Source of the DNA: Selaginella moellendorffii
Taxonomy: Eukaryota; Plantae; Lycopodiophyta
Assembly (NCBI RefSeq): GCF_000143415.4
Contig: NW_003314263.1
Location: 533,114 to 597,113, forward strand
Direction: 5' to 3'
DNA: 64,000 nucleotides
The notes beneath the pieces were generated by a model that did no database searches, was not told where the DNA came from, and saw only the letters and a program-made list of their open reading frames with translations. Position numbers and translations under genes: made by a program. Below are positions 48,103 to 62,263 of this stretch, piece by piece. Position 1 is the first letter of the stretch. Every line of letters starts with the position of its first letter.

Positions 48103-51100
48103 GCCCATCCTCTAAGGAGGGTAGTCTCTCCAACTTAGAGACTGATTGGACCACATGTAGTGATTCTCTCCTTTTATTGGTTTAGTTCTCGCTAAACCTC
48201 TTAGAGACCCTTCTCTAAGTCAATCCCACTACTCCTTCTCGAGTAGTCTCAATTTCCATCTATTGAACATTTGCACCTTGGAACTTTTACTCTTTTGACT
48301 TTTGGAAGTCAATTTCCTAGGTGTCTCCAACACCTTGCATTGCACAGATTGTGCAACTCCACTTCCCCATTCTAGGAAGTTCGTTACTTGAGGGCACCAT
48401 CATCCTCTCTTCTATTTCGTGCCACCTTGGGCACTAAGTTCTATTTATCATACTTTGTGCTAAGGCTGTCCATGGCCCTATCATTTGGCTACCTTACCGC
48501 TCCCTCCCTTGGAGCTTCCACTTTCGCCAAATTGGAGCAATTTGGAATCCATCCTTGGAAACACACTTCCTTTCCCGCAATTTGTTAGTGTCCAACACAT
48601 TAGTGTTCCTCGCCTAACTTTGTCACTTGGATTCCTTCCAAGGGATTCCACGGCCCTATCTTGGCCACTCATCTTTTGCTCCTATCCATTGATTGTTGCA
48701 CCAAGCAACATCGAATCTCTACCTCCCTCCTTGAGGTATTCTTTTGATTCCATACCAAAGGCTCTGCTTTGCCAAGACTAGGGTGTTCACCCCTAGTAAG
48801 TCTCTTTATGTAGCGCACGTGGTTTTGACCCTTTATCTTATGGTGGTTTACCATAGGATAACACCACGAAGCGGAACCTAAACCCTCTTTGTGCCACGTG
48901 ACATATGCCACGTGTCACATGCCACGTGTCCATGCCACATGTCCATAGGAACCCGAGGTTCAGGGCCTTGGGCCACTGAACGAAGGAACGGTGCCAAACT
49001 CCCAAGCATGGAGCCAAGGAATGATAGAACCGAACCATGGAGCAACCCTCGAGCATAAAGCCCAAGGAACGAAGGGACAGGAGCCCGGAGCGACTTGGAA
49101 CAGTCCTAGAGTAACCAGCATCCCAATGCTAGGACCAGCATGCAAAACGGAGCCAAATGGAGTCTGGCGCTATTTCGGCATACCGGTGGCCTAACGCGAG
49201 GATATGGGTACTCCACCAACTAGCATGGAATGGAACTTGGGCTTAGACCCAAGCCGGACGCAGAACAAGGACAGGCACGCAAGCGGGAGCTAGACTATGC
49301 CTCAGGTTGGTTGGCCATGCCCGACCTACCCACTATCCCTACTATACATTTGGAACCCCCCATAGCCCCCCCCCCCCCCTTGAGGAACACACGCTTTGGG
49401 CTTTCACCCCAAGCCTCCCTTAGTATCAGGAGTTAGTCTTTGGGACAAGCTCGAAACTTACTAAATATGGAATGTCCCTAGATTGTGAATTTGGACACGG
49501 GACGAACACCATTGTGTTCAGGCCGATCTCTACATTCTGTAGATATGCCAAATGAGCAAATCTGGACACTTTCCATAAATAGCATTTAGGACTGAAATGA
49601 GACTAACACAAAGGGCATGATAGTGAGGGTGTTTGGCAAACACGGTAAGCTATCATCTAGCGATATTGAGGGACCAAGCTCAATATCGCGGGGGTTCCCA
49701 ACACTAGCAAGTGCAAGTCAACGAATGAGTTTCTCTAACCAAGTCAAGTATGCTTGACAAATAGCATGTAGGAATTTCGTCCTTATGCTCATCTGGTCAA
49801 GTGCACACGCGAGGACCAGTTTCTCAACTAGCTTAGGCGGAGGCTGATAACGGGTTCAGCAATACCGACCTCCTGCCATCGTGGCAGTAAGGTAAGAGTG
49901 TCCGTAACGACTAGCCGACAAGTAACTTTCGATACCCGAAGTCACATTCGCGACACTCTCCCCCCCTAGGGAAGATCGACGTCCTCGTCGATGCATACTC
50001 AAGTCTAGAATACCGCCAAGGAAACAACTCTAGAAAAATTTCACGGTACTCACACTATGTGAGAAATGCACCAACTTAAATGAGTTAGAGGGCAACCTCT
50101 TTGTCTAACGCAGATGCGCTACCAGCTCAGACACCTTCCGGCCATCGCCGACAAGGAAATGACTAACAGATTCAGCCACCCTTGCTACTCTGGGAGTCAC
50201 CCAGCTTACAAAAGTGTGATATGCCCCTGCCCGCAGGGACATAGAGAGAGAAGCCAGAGGCCCCAACCCTCCTAAGCAAAGAAACCAAACCTGTCGGTAA
50301 GGTTTAGATAGACTACTGTAAACAGGCAGTTAGAGTTGTTTACACGGTCACGCCCTTTTAATGGAATAAGGAACATCGACAGAGAGGCGGGTGATGTGAC
50401 CAGTCGACAGTAGCTATCCCATGACTAGAGATTTCACCATGCACACGAAGTGCCGAAGCCAGTCTGCCTATATTGGCCCAAACTCAAAGATCAATAGATG
50501 GACAATATCAAAGTCATAGACAATGATATCTTAGAGACTTAATTATCAGTGAATAAATCTTATATTAGAACACAAAAGTATTCCAAGTATGTTATCATCT
50601 GATAAACTAGTATTATAGTAGAGGAACCACCAAGATCATCATAATTGGTAAACATAGGATTCACCATCAAACAAAATGCAATAGCAAGTATATCATCAAG
50701 TAAACTCAATGATAAAGTTTAACTATTAAAGATTGCAGACAGAATGCCAAACAACTTATGAAAGATAACTCAAAGAATACAAAGTATCATTGACGGACAA
50801 GCACAATGCTCGCGAATGTATCACCCGAAAGAAATAACATCCCAATCTATCAAAACTAACCTGAGCAATAATCAACAGAACAGAATGAATGCGGTAAGAC
50901 CAACAAACACTCACTTCTGCTAGCTATCACAAAAGCCAATCTGAATAGATCCCAGCCAACAATACCAAGGAACTCAAGTTGCCTAAGCAAGTGTCAGCAA
51001 CATCCTACTGATGTTTCAAACCCAAGAGACCAATCCAGAACAAACCACAAAGAACATGTGGTATTGCAAAAAGCCAGAAGCCATCAAAAAGAATAACTAA

Positions 51101-52863
51101 CTTATCATGAAAGACTATCAATCATCCCATCAAGAAAGAGATGCATAATCATCGTTGAAGAAAGAATCTACCATCCTGAAGAACAGCAACTCAGTCTATA
51201 CCAACAATAATCAAGCAAAACCTTTTTGACAAGGATAATCAACTATCCCAGATGATAGTCAATCATCACCAATGATTGCTAGACGCAAATACTAACTTCA
51301 ACATTGAAGCTAAAGAGCCAAAAATGCCTTCCCCAACAACTTCAAACAAATGGACCACAAGTATGATAACGCAAGGAACCAAAAGCTCGAAGAAGTCTAT
51401 AGCTAAGTTTTTGCCTAACAATGATCACGAGTCTCGCATGAATTAACTTCAATGCTAAAGAAGAAATCATGGTATAACCCACAATATCTTTCTCAACACA
51501 TCCATAAGCTAAACTTCATAATGCCAAAGCTATTGAAGAGCATATCTGCATCAATCCAAAAGCCAAGCACAATGAAGCTATGCTCAACAAGTGATCACTA
51601 AATGATCCTCCATGAATCCATCTATAGCAAGACGTAACTCACTTCATAACAAGCACAAGAAGAATCATTAATGATCGATATATTCCAACTCAAACCCAAT
51701 AAGGATTCAAACTTTTCAATATCGATCACTAACTCTTCCACTTATAGAGTTAGCATAGTCCATGACTAAATCACTTTTCAAAGAAAAGCCAACACTCAAC
51801 CCCTACTAAATAATCTCGTCTAAAACACAACTAACTCAAACTTGCCACTCAGTTCATTTGAACGTCAACATAGTTACTAACTAGCAAATGCGCAAATGCT
51901 AATAACACAAAGTCATGGCCAAATCATCAACACGATCTCTATCGAGAGTAATGAAACGCAATATCAATCCTAAGGATAGACATCTCATCTCACTTAAATC
52001 TCAACATCAACAATATCAACAACAAGGCATCACTTCAATGCCATCAACACTAGAACAAAGCTAGAAGAAAGCACGAGTGTATCACCACTCAAGACTTTCT
52101 AGCAACCAAGCTAACCAAAGTCAAAGATACCTTAGTTAGTATCCGAGACCAATCCTTTAGCAAAACTCAGTTACAGATAACACTTCCTCAAGGAGTGAAT
52201 CACCACGTCCAAGACTCAATGAAATCCAATACCATGAACTAAATGCAACCAAATGATATTGACAAAAGTAAAATCGATATGCCAACATGGAAAAACTCAT
52301 GTGAGTCTAACGACACGATCCTCCGCAACACCATCCAGTAAAGCAAGCCCATTGCTAAATCATCATCGAGCAAAGCAAGTGTCAACAATCCTTGACGAAG
52401 TCTACAAGTAATCATTAGTCGCAAAGCAACCAACAATCACCTTTCAACTTGCCTTCACAAGACCTAAACACCAACTCTTATCATCAAGTTATATACTTGT
52501 CCAACATGAACGTGATACCCCAGGTATGAGATAAAAGTTCATAGACAAGCACAAATTAAATGACCACTCGAATCCAACTCAATCGCAATAAGCTCACTAA
52601 AACATTTAGCCACTAGCTCTGAGCATGCCTTGAAGAGGCTAGCTATGTGATCAACACTCAATCGAAACTAAAGTGAAGACCATGAGATGGACTCATATCG
52701 GTACACAACCTCCTCATAGATAAAGCTATAGTACGGGTACTAACATCTCAACCTCAAACAACTAAGTTGGACATCACCATCCTCAACCAAAGCGTAGGGC
52801 CACCAAGGCCAAGTCAAGATTAGTGAGAGCTCACTACTCTCATACAGTCTAACGAAATGCAAA

Positions 52864-53567
52864 TGTGAGACACAAAATCCCTAGGCCCCAAAGTGGAGCC
52901 GGAAGGGCGCCACATGGTAGTGGCCGAAGCGAGAGCCAAACGAGTGTAACACGTTTGGACCAAAAGCTCCGACTTGAAAAGTCAAGAGCGGGAGTGGAAC
53001 TCCTAACGAAGTGCTCGAGGAACGAGCACGAAGGGAGCAAAAGGCGAGGCTCCAAAAAGAGACCCAAAAGGACCAACACATGACACGTGGGAGTGTCCGA
53101 GATGGACTCGAGTTGGAGTCCGAAGTGGAGTCCGAGATGGACCCGAGTTGGAGTCCGAAGTGGAGTCCAAGATGAACCCGAGTTGGAGTCCGAAGAGGAG
53201 TCCGAGATGGACCCGAGTTGGAGTCCGAAGTGGAGTCCGAGATGGACCCGAGATGGAGTCCGAGATGGAGTCCGAAGTGGAGTCCGAGGTGGACCCGAGA
53301 TGGACCCGAGTTGGAGTCCGAAGTGGAGTCCGAGATGGACCCGAGATGGAGTCCGAGATGGAGTCCGAGATGGAGTCCGAGGTGGACCCGAGATGGACCC
53401 GAAATGGAGTCCGAGATGGAGTCCGAGATGGACCTGAGATGGAGTCCGAGATGGAGTCCGAGATGGACCCGAGATGGACCCGAGATGGAGTCCGAGATGG
53501 AGTCCGAGATGGAGTCCGAGATGGAGTCCGAGATGGAGTCCGAAGTCGAGACCGAGACCGAGACCGG

Positions 53568-53599
<32 letters not shown>

Positions 53600-55400
53600 T
53601 CGGGACCGAGACCGAGACCGAGGCCGAGGCCGAGACCGAGCCCGAGCCCGAGTCCGAGTCCGAATCCGAGTCTGAGTCCGAGTCCGAGTCCGAGTCCGAG
53701 TCCGAGTCCGAGTCCGGAGCCTGAGAGGGTGAAAGCCCAAAGCGTTCATCTCCCAGACCCTGGGGGGTTTGGTGAGCTCCAAAAGTATAGTAGGGGGAGG
53801 ACTGCAGTGGAGCCAGTTTGGCCCAGGAAGGCCGGACCCAGTGTTGGGTGATGAGCTGCCCACTGGGAAGTCCAAGACTAGAGTGAACACAGACCGACAA
53901 GCGGAGTAGCTTGGTGAAGTGTTCAAGAGCCGGCTCTAGTTCCCCCGGGAGATCGACTGGCCGATGCTCCCAGTCCAAGTGTGGGTGGCACTACCTACTT
54001 GGATACCTGGTGTGGCTCAACGGAACCCGCTCTAAGCCCATGGCTAGAGCACCCAAGGGCAGAAGGCGAGGAGAGTACCCAGGTGGCTCGCATAAGGCCA
54101 CGGTGTTCCGAAATGTTGTCCCAAAGGCCCAGACTGTGGAAAGGAAGAGGAGCAGTCCTCTGGGGTAGTGACCAAGGACACAGTCGTGTGGTGAGGAAGT
54201 CCCAGAGGACCGTGGGACTTAGTGGTCGGGCCTGTGGGTCTCGATCCAGTGGCAGTGTTGGCAAACACGGCCAGGGGCAGAAAGGGACTTAGTGGGGACT
54301 GACAGAGGGATATTGGGGAAGGCTATTCCCCTTGTCGGTGGGCATCCTAAGGATGCTAAGGAGTGGATCTGAGATGACCACTCACGGATGGTTTTCCTAG
54401 TCTTGGAGAGCCAAGACTGTGATGCAAGTGGTATTGGACTACCAGTGTGGCAAAGGTGATTGGGCATGGCCTTAGCGTAACGGGCTGCTATGTCGGTGGT
54501 ACCTTTGAGTGTCGGTCATGGGATCGGACACGTGGAGCACTTGGACCAAGTGCAAATGTTGAGTGGCATGGATGCCATTCTCGGGGCTAGCAAGTCCCAA
54601 GTCCTGGATTGGACTTATGGAGGTTGTGAATGAGACTCCTCCAAGTGGTCAGAGGTGTGGTTAAGTGACTAAAGTAGAATGAAAAATTTAGTCGCTTACA
54701 ATTTGGTATCGGAGTTGTTCCTTAGTCCGACTTTTATTGGTGCTCAAATATATCACCACTGGTGTTGGCAACGGAAGGTCCGAGAAGTGGGCCTATCCTT
54801 GAGGAGTAGCAGGTCGGGAAGATATGGCTCTTCATTACAGTTCATGTGTGAACTTGTAGACAAGGTGGTGGATAGAAAAAGGCCAATAATGGAACGACTT
54901 TGGGATCTTGGGAACAGTATATGGTTTTCCTCGAAGAGTTGAGGATGTGATCCAGAGGAGCGTTTGACTTAGCAAACTAGCTAATGTAGTTGTGGTAAAC
55001 AACTACAGTTGGGATCACGGGAAAGATAAAGACTCCAAAGCAATAAAGGAGGCACAAGATTTTCCTCATATAGTTGAGGTTGGTGCTTATGAATGTGAGA
55101 CCAGAAGTAATGACCGTGGGAGGTCAAATACGGAAGAGGACTCAAGTCCTTGAAAAGGTAGCCGGGGCTACCTCTAATAAATGCTGGAACAACCCAAGGA
55201 GTTGGGGGTGTATTAAGTGGATGAGTTGGTGTTCTCATCACATGGACAAGTAGTCCTAAGGGGCAAAGGTTGCCCCCAGAGAACAAAATCAAGTGTCGGA
55301 GTAACACTTGTGAAAATAGTCCTTTTGAGTAGGACAGGAATGCAAGAAGTGTATTCCAGTGAGCTAGTGCCTCACAAGTAGGACCTTACGGGTCTGTGAA
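52864..55400 (+). mobile_element. Truncated family B element nested in element C (5' LTR 52864-54700, PBS, partial internal region)
   Basis: LTR TGTGAGA...CTTACA followed by tttggtatcggag (tRNA-Met PBS); same minisatellite at 53090-53720. The right boundary is approximate. Confidence 0.85.
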
Positions 55401-56617
55401 TTAACCAAGTCCAAAACTGCTGGATGACTCAAGTAGAGTCAACGGATAGTCCTAAAATCAAGTAAGTAATCATCAATCAAGTAACACCACGAGTAATGCC
55501 CATGTCACTACTACAAAGGTTTAAATGACTATCAAGTGCCAACTCGATTCGACAAAATGCAACATAAATGCCACACTTCACCGACAGAGATTTACAACAC
55601 CCAACACCACTAACTTTTGTTCACAACATAGATAAGCTTATGCCACTCTCTATCCGACCAAACTCAACACTAATCCAACACCAAGCTACTCAAGGAGCAA
55701 TAGCAAGGTTCTTTGGAAAAGAATTGAACATTGCAACCCAAGTCTTCCAATAGCAAGCTTAGACAAAATGGTATAGTGTTTCACCACTATCCATCCCATA
55801 ACTCACCATTTGTAAGACCATCATCTCCAAGATGCATCAAGGTAGGGAATCTTGATTGCATAATATGAACATGAGCAATGAGTCAACACCTCGTTGCAAA
55901 TCATCTCTCCAAGAAGAGAAAATGATTTACGTATTTGATCCTTCGTCCCTGATGACTCTCTTTTCGGTCTCATCTTTGACTAAACCTCAAGCTTGCATTC
56001 GCACTGCCTTCAGTTCAATCCAAGAAAAGTTTATGAGAGAGCACGGCAACAATTACTTGAAATCAATAGACTTATCCCTACAGTCTTGATTGATCCACTG
56101 TAACCATGCCAAGGAAGGATCCACTAGTGCCGTGCTAAACAACTACAGACCAGCCTATTTGCCACTCATAGCAAACTCAGGGAAGGTTTACTTTTACCCA
56201 TGGTACAAGGAACAACTCATGGAACCACCGATAGGCTAACATTAATCCTGCCAACTCAAAGTGTAACCTTGAGTTACTAATGTGCCTCACTCACGAGTCC
56301 AAGCTCAAACTCGTGCGAACGGAACAACTCAATCCCTCTTGTGAGCCCAAGCGCAAGCTCACATCATAAGGTACAATAAGGTAACAATATCCATACCCAA
56401 GGAACCAATTGCGAAGCCTTTGCACCCAAACGTGTACCCACTCGGATCATCATTTTCATCTCTGCGTATGCAACGAGACTAGTTGCCCAATCTCATTGGA
56501 TAGTACTCGCCGAGACTCATCCTCTGATACCAAATGTAGCGCACGTGGTTTTGACCCTTTATCCTATGGTGATTTACCATAGGATAACACCACGAAGCGG
56601 AACCTAAACCCTCTTTG

Positions 56618-56670
56618 TGCCACGTGACATATGCCACGTGTCACATGCCACGTGTCCATGCCACGTGTCC
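56618..56670. promoter_or_regulatory. Four tandem G-box/ABRE-like motifs (GCCACGTG) in LTR-C; three intact in the other LTR at 48893-48945
   Basis: gccacgtgac atatgccacgtgtc acatgccacgtgtc catgccacgtgtcc. Confidence 0.55.
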
Positions 56671-59113
56671 ATAGGAACCCGAGGTTCAGGGCCTTGAGCC
56701 ACTGAACGAAGGAATGGTGCCAAACTCCCAAGCATGGAGCCAAGGAATGATGGAACCGAACCATGGAGCAACCCCTAAGCATAAAGCCCAAGGAACGAAG
56801 GGACAGGAGACCGGAGCGACTTGGAACAGTCCTAGAGTAGCCAGCATCCCAATGCCAGGACCAGCACACAAAACGGAGCCAAACGGAGTCTGGCGCTATT
56901 TCGGCATACCGGTGGCCTAACGCGAGGATATGGGTACTCCACCAACTAGCATGGAATGGAACTTGGGCTTAGACCCAAGCCGGACGCAGAACAAGGACAG
57001 GCACGCAAGCGGAAGCTAGACTATACCTCAGGTTGGTCGGTCATGCCCGACCTACCCACTATCCCTACTATACATTTGGAACCCCCCATAGCCCCCCCCC
57101 CCCCCCCCCTTGAGGAACACACGCTTTAGGCTTTCACCCCAAGCCTCCTTTAGTATCAGGAGTTAGTCTTTGGGACAAGCTCGAAACTTACTAAATATGG
57201 AATGTCCTTAGATTGTGAATTTGGACACGGGACGAACACCATTGTGTTCAGGCCGATCTCTACATTCTGTAGATATGCCAAATGAGCAAATCTAGACACT
57301 TTCCATAAATAATATTTAGGACCGAAATGAGACTAACACAAAGGGCATGATAGCGAGGGTGTTTGGCAAACACGGTAAGCTATCATCTAGCGATATTGAG
57401 GGACCAAGCTCAATATCGCGGGGGTTCCCAACACTAGCAAGTGCAAGTCAACGAATGAGTTTCTCTAACCAAGTCAAGTATGCTTGACAAATAGCACGTA
57501 GGAATTCCGTCCTTATGCTCATCTGGTCAAGTGCACACGCGAGGACCAGTTTCTCAACTAGCTTAGGCGGAGACTGATAATGGGTCCAGCAATACCGACC
57601 TCCTGCCATCGTGGCAGTAAGGTAAGAGTGTCCGTAAGGACTAGCCGACAGGTAACTTTCGATACCTGAAGTCACATTCGCGACACTTTAGCATCTTCTG
57701 CTGTGGGCTCTATCCACGGCCCAACTTTGTGACCCTCCCATGGGTCTCTTTAGAGACTACTTTCCTTGGACACACTATGCCATCGCAATGACATAGCTCA
57801 TTTCCCTAAGGTGCTTTTCCCACTTGGTCACCTTGACCAAGCCACACCATCATCAATAGTTCAAATCAACACTTTGAATTAGGAACTTTATTCCTTAACC
57901 CAAACAAAAGCTCTATTTCGTTAAAGTGGGATTTATTCAGTAAAATGGGACTAGGTACAAATTTTCAAGTATTTGAAAATGACGTGAAATTATATGTTTT
58001 TTGTCCAGGGGCTAGACATATCTGGGGCATGGTGACTAGCGCGGTGACCTTATGTCCAGACTGAGTCCATCTAGTTGTATAATAAATCTCATTGTCAAGG
58101 TGAACAAGCCGAATCTGAAGCTAAAGAAGAGTGATGGCATGCGCGCACACACTATTTGTTTGTTCATTGAGCGTGTGGTGAGCTTTCCAAGATGAACATC
58201 ATTCCTATTAGCCAGACATATAACTTAATGGTGAGAACATTTAGATATTATTCAATGTTATCTTTTTCTAACGAATCTAATTGTGAAGGTGTAGCAAGAG
58301 GCATTGCTAGTCTGGAGAAGTCATTTAACTCATTTGACCTTTAGTGTATTTTCATGAAACTAAATAACATTCATATTATTAAGGAATTTCTCTAGTACCT
58401 TTTTTTTATGACATAGAGGCTTGCATTTCTTTCAAAGGTGATTTAGTAAAAGGCCTGAGGGCACATGCCATTCTATTTCTCAGACCGGTATTAAGATATA
58501 CTAGTGCAAAGGGAAAAAGGTATTTGGTGATCAAGTAAATGGCATGAGGGCACACGCCATTATAAGCCTAAGCGCTAGTGGACACCTCCTTTTTGGTACT
58601 CTCAGCGGTACTATCATCCTTCTCCGGGTCAGTTGTTTTGCTTTGGATTGTTGTCTCTGACGTTACTGGGGCGTTCTCGATAGTTGTTAATGTTGCCGTT
58701 TGTTCAGAAAAATGATCACCTGGAGTATAGTACGGGGAGTTTGGAAGACTTATATATTCTACATCTTCACCTATCTCCTTCTCCGTCTCCTTTTCTGCCT
58801 CACTTACAGATTTTGTGCTTGCCATGAGAACGCTCTTCACCCTAAAATATGGAGTTCATTGTGTTATAAAAGGAAACCAACACACACGCTGCAAGGGAAT
58901 GATGGTACATAAAGCACGTAAGCCCACAATATGGGTTTATGTGCCATTAATATGGGCCACACGCCATATTATTAGATTTATGCACGTGTGATTGGTAAAT
59001 GCATATGTCACATCATCTTTGTTTTACCTCACACACTATATCAAGCCTCCTCTGATTCAGATTCGGATTGTTCACCTTGAAATAAAATACATTAGAAACT
59101 TTGTAAAGGAATA

Positions 59114-62100
59114 TTAATGAATCTCACCTTGAACCCGAGTTATGAATGCTCTTGCTGCATCTCTTGCATGGTCTGGCAAGGTGATGGTGGCACTCTGCTT
59201 CCGCATCCAACCATGCACAACATTATCCACCGATATGCTCATGCTGGGATCCCTTGGATTCAGCACCCATCTCTTTTCTAGGCAATCCTTCGTATATCCG
59301 GAACTTGGCTTGAACCACTCCACAGTTACATTGAAGGAGTTAGTTTCCGCATCCTCCTCTGCATCNNNNNNNNNNNNNNNNNNNNNNNNNNNNNNNNNNN
59401 NNNNNNNNNNNNNNNNNNNNNNNNNNNNNNNNNNNNNNNNNNNNNNNNNNNNNNNNNNNNNNNNNCATATCATTTGTTTTTTATTACTGGGTCTGACAAG
59501 CACGACCATTCCTTTGCAGACCTGTACTGGATTGAATGCTGAATCCGGCTTCTTGTTCCTCGGCCCACAATAGTGATCCTCAACATCGTTATCTGTCACT
59601 GCATTTCCAGAGGACATTGTTCCGCTACTATCTGGTGCTCTGGGTTCTGGCCAAAAGGACTCTTCCAATTCTTCATATACAACCGGCCCATTTTGGATAG
59701 CAGATATAATCTTCTCCCAGTATTCGAGCAAAGGCTTGCACCTCTGAAAATAGGATTCTCCACCAAACACCAACCCCCTCTTCCAGAAGGCAATATGCTG
59801 TCTAATCCCGGCCACTATACTTTCCTGGTCTTTGAGTCCATCCGGGTGCATCGGCCGTGGGGAACCCTGAGGAATCATAGGTTCCCCAGTTATGGGATCT
59901 CTCTTGAAGAGTTCAATGCCGTCCACTGGCAGCCACACTGTGTCCCATTCTCTCATCTTGTACCTCATCACTGGAGCACCGTCACACATGCTGAAATGAA
60001 ACTGAAGAGGCTTGGAGTGGCCAATCAGCGTTTCGGATCCGTCCCTGATGTAGCCTCTTACAAACCCCTTAAAGTCTGGAACCTCTGTCACAAGTGCAGC
60101 TTCAACAGTGCCTTTGATGCAATTTTGGAATTCATCGTAGAGTTGTGGGAGGGTGAGGACATTGGATCGCCGGAGGGACTCTGCCAGGTGACTGAACATG
60201 GCATCGACGTCTTCATGAGTGTGCCCAACCATGAGAAAGCCAAGTGTAACCGTTTCAAATATGCCTTTGGCAACAAGCATCGCCAAGTACGCGAAGACGT
60301 ACATGTTTTTGTTCTCACTGCCAGCATTGTCTGTTTGGAGCAGAAGATGGGGTGGAAGGCCACATCGGCCGCAAGAACTTCCTTGAGATTCTGCTTCGTT
60401 TGGATGAGGCTGTGCATTCACCGGGCGACCAGCCTCGTCAGAATGGCATGAGGCCTCACGTGATAACCCTACAATCTGACGGCCAACATATTCACTGGGA
60501 TGGCATGGGGCCCCACGCGATACTGCAAGCCTTTGCTCCTCCTCCAGCTGAACCCTGTATGGGGTTCGATCGACAAGGGCCTTATGCAAGGGTTGGCCGT
60601 TCAGCTCAGTCTGCGCACTTTGCAGAGACCTTAAGTGTTTTGCTAGGGACGCAATCATCATGTTTGCACCCCCGCCACCCCATAGAGGTACAAAGAAGTT
60701 CCCATAGTTCTGGGCACCATGCCCATGAGCGATTATGCCAAACAGAGACACAGGCAGCTGCATGGATGAAGAGATTGCCTTGGGGGCAGGATTGAGTCGA
60801 GGTAAGCACGTCTTTTTCTGGTCCATTTTGTCGTGGATGATGCAGAGGTAAGAGTCAGGTCTCTCCATGGAGAGAATCCTGTTATGATAATATGCAGTCC
60901 TGCAGCTTCTCTGCTCGATGTTGTGGTCGAGCCGCCTTCTAACCAACGTCTCTCGCTCTTGAGCGCTGCAAGAATTCTTCGACAAAGCCATTTTGATAGC
61001 AGTGCACTCGTCACACTTTGAAAAGCTGGAGTACTTTCCTATACTCACATCCCTGAACCTGTTGCTCCACAATCTACTAAATCTAGATTGGCTCAGCTTC
61101 CTGTAGCCATTACTCTGGAGTTCCCGATTCACATCTTCCAATATGGCCCCCTTGGTATACATGGAAGGGAGAACTCGTTGGGTGTCTCGTGTTTCATCTT
61201 CCAAGAGGCGGGTTTTATGTGGTTGCTGCTCGCTACATGTCTCGACAAACCTCTTGAAGATTGCCTCTCCATATACAACATGACCCCTGGTTTTGTGCGT
61301 ACCGTCGTTCCCATGGACTGCCTGTTGAACCCTTTGTTCCTCGAACTCAGTTTTGATTCTGTAGAATGTGGTTCAAGGGACTCCATAAATGATTCTCCAT
61401 GCCTTCATGCAGACCAAACCCCTCTGGAAGACCATGCCCCCCACCTGATGTTCTGAAGCATCAACAGATGACCGTAATGCCTCATACACAAAATTGCGAG
61501 CTGCCTTCCAGGACAATGTCTTGTATCTTGCTCTCTCCTCTTCAATAGCATCCCAATCAGCATGTTGACAGCACCTCCTCTTGCAACAAGCAACTGTCGA
61601 GACCATTCGAACCTCCATCGCCATTTTCTGCCTTTTCGGTTCGTTGCTCAGATCCCTTTGGCTGCGCTTTAGGAAGGTGTACTTTCTTTTCCCATGAAGA
61701 GATGTTCTATCATCAGTTGTAGTGGTGTTTGATTGTGAATCCTTCACATTCTCAAACACTAAGTGCCTCAATTTCCACCGCACAATGCTTCCAATAGTCA
61801 GACTGTTTTCTTCTGTGTCAACAACCTCTAAAATCGCAACTCCAATATCATCCCAGCCCAATTCTTGATTAGCAACCGCATCTCTTGGATCGACAACTGT
61901 GGCTAAGCCCTCAGCTACCACCTCCCCCTCGGGGTTGTTTAGAAACACTTTTGCCTGAATCCATGTAGCACGGTTCTTAAGATCCACGGAGGGAACATGC
62001 GTCGCACTTGCGCTGTCCCCAACATCTGCTTTCTTCTGAAGATTTTTCAAGGCAACAACAACATTTACCCCGACGACCATCTCTCCTCGTTCAATAGCAA

Positions 62101-62263
62101 CCACATTCCCATCGAAGACAGTCTCTACTGATACAGCAGCATTGCCTTCCCCAAGCCTTTCACAGTGTATAACAAAGTTCCGATCCATAGACACAAGGGT
62201 CCCTTTTGCAACTCTCTTCCCACCATTCAAAATGTAAACCTTTTCCCCAACCCTGAAGGCCAT
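59114..62263 (-). pseudogene. Sola-like (DUF7869-type) DDE transposase, ~1050 codons, one in-frame TGA at 61373-61375
   Basis: ORFs 61373..62263 and 59114..61204 are in the same frame and read through as IYGVP*TTFYR...LLEDE. Motifs CCKRRCC, SKCDEC, IIHDKMDQ, LQTDNAGSENKN, FLMVGHTHEDVDAMF. Confidence 0.72.
59366..59465. other. Assembly gap (100 N)
   Basis: Run of n characters; true length unknown. Confidence 1.

Larger units (their letters stand above)
48809..57685 (-). mobile_element. Structurally intact non-autonomous (LARD-like) LTR element, family C
   Basis: LTRs at 48809-49955 and 56535-57685 (~1.15 kb, TG..CA, highly similar); 5-bp TSD CTTTA; tRNA-iMet PBS TGGTATCAGAG at 56522-56532; PPT GGGGGGGAGAG at 49956-49966; no recognisable gag/pol ORF. 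Confidence 0.93.

Noticed and set aside
49970-52860. Possible coding capacity inside element C
   Set aside because: No ORF over ~75 aa and no recognisable gag/pol motifs; treated as non-coding internal sequence.
52881-53978. 365-aa and 307-aa low-complexity ORFs
   Set aside because: Same minisatellite in the second LTR-B copy; they lie wholly within an LTR.
58568-58840. 90-aa acidic Ser/Thr-rich ORF downstream of the transposase
   Set aside because: Low complexity with no motif. It could be an extra exon of the element but cannot be supported.
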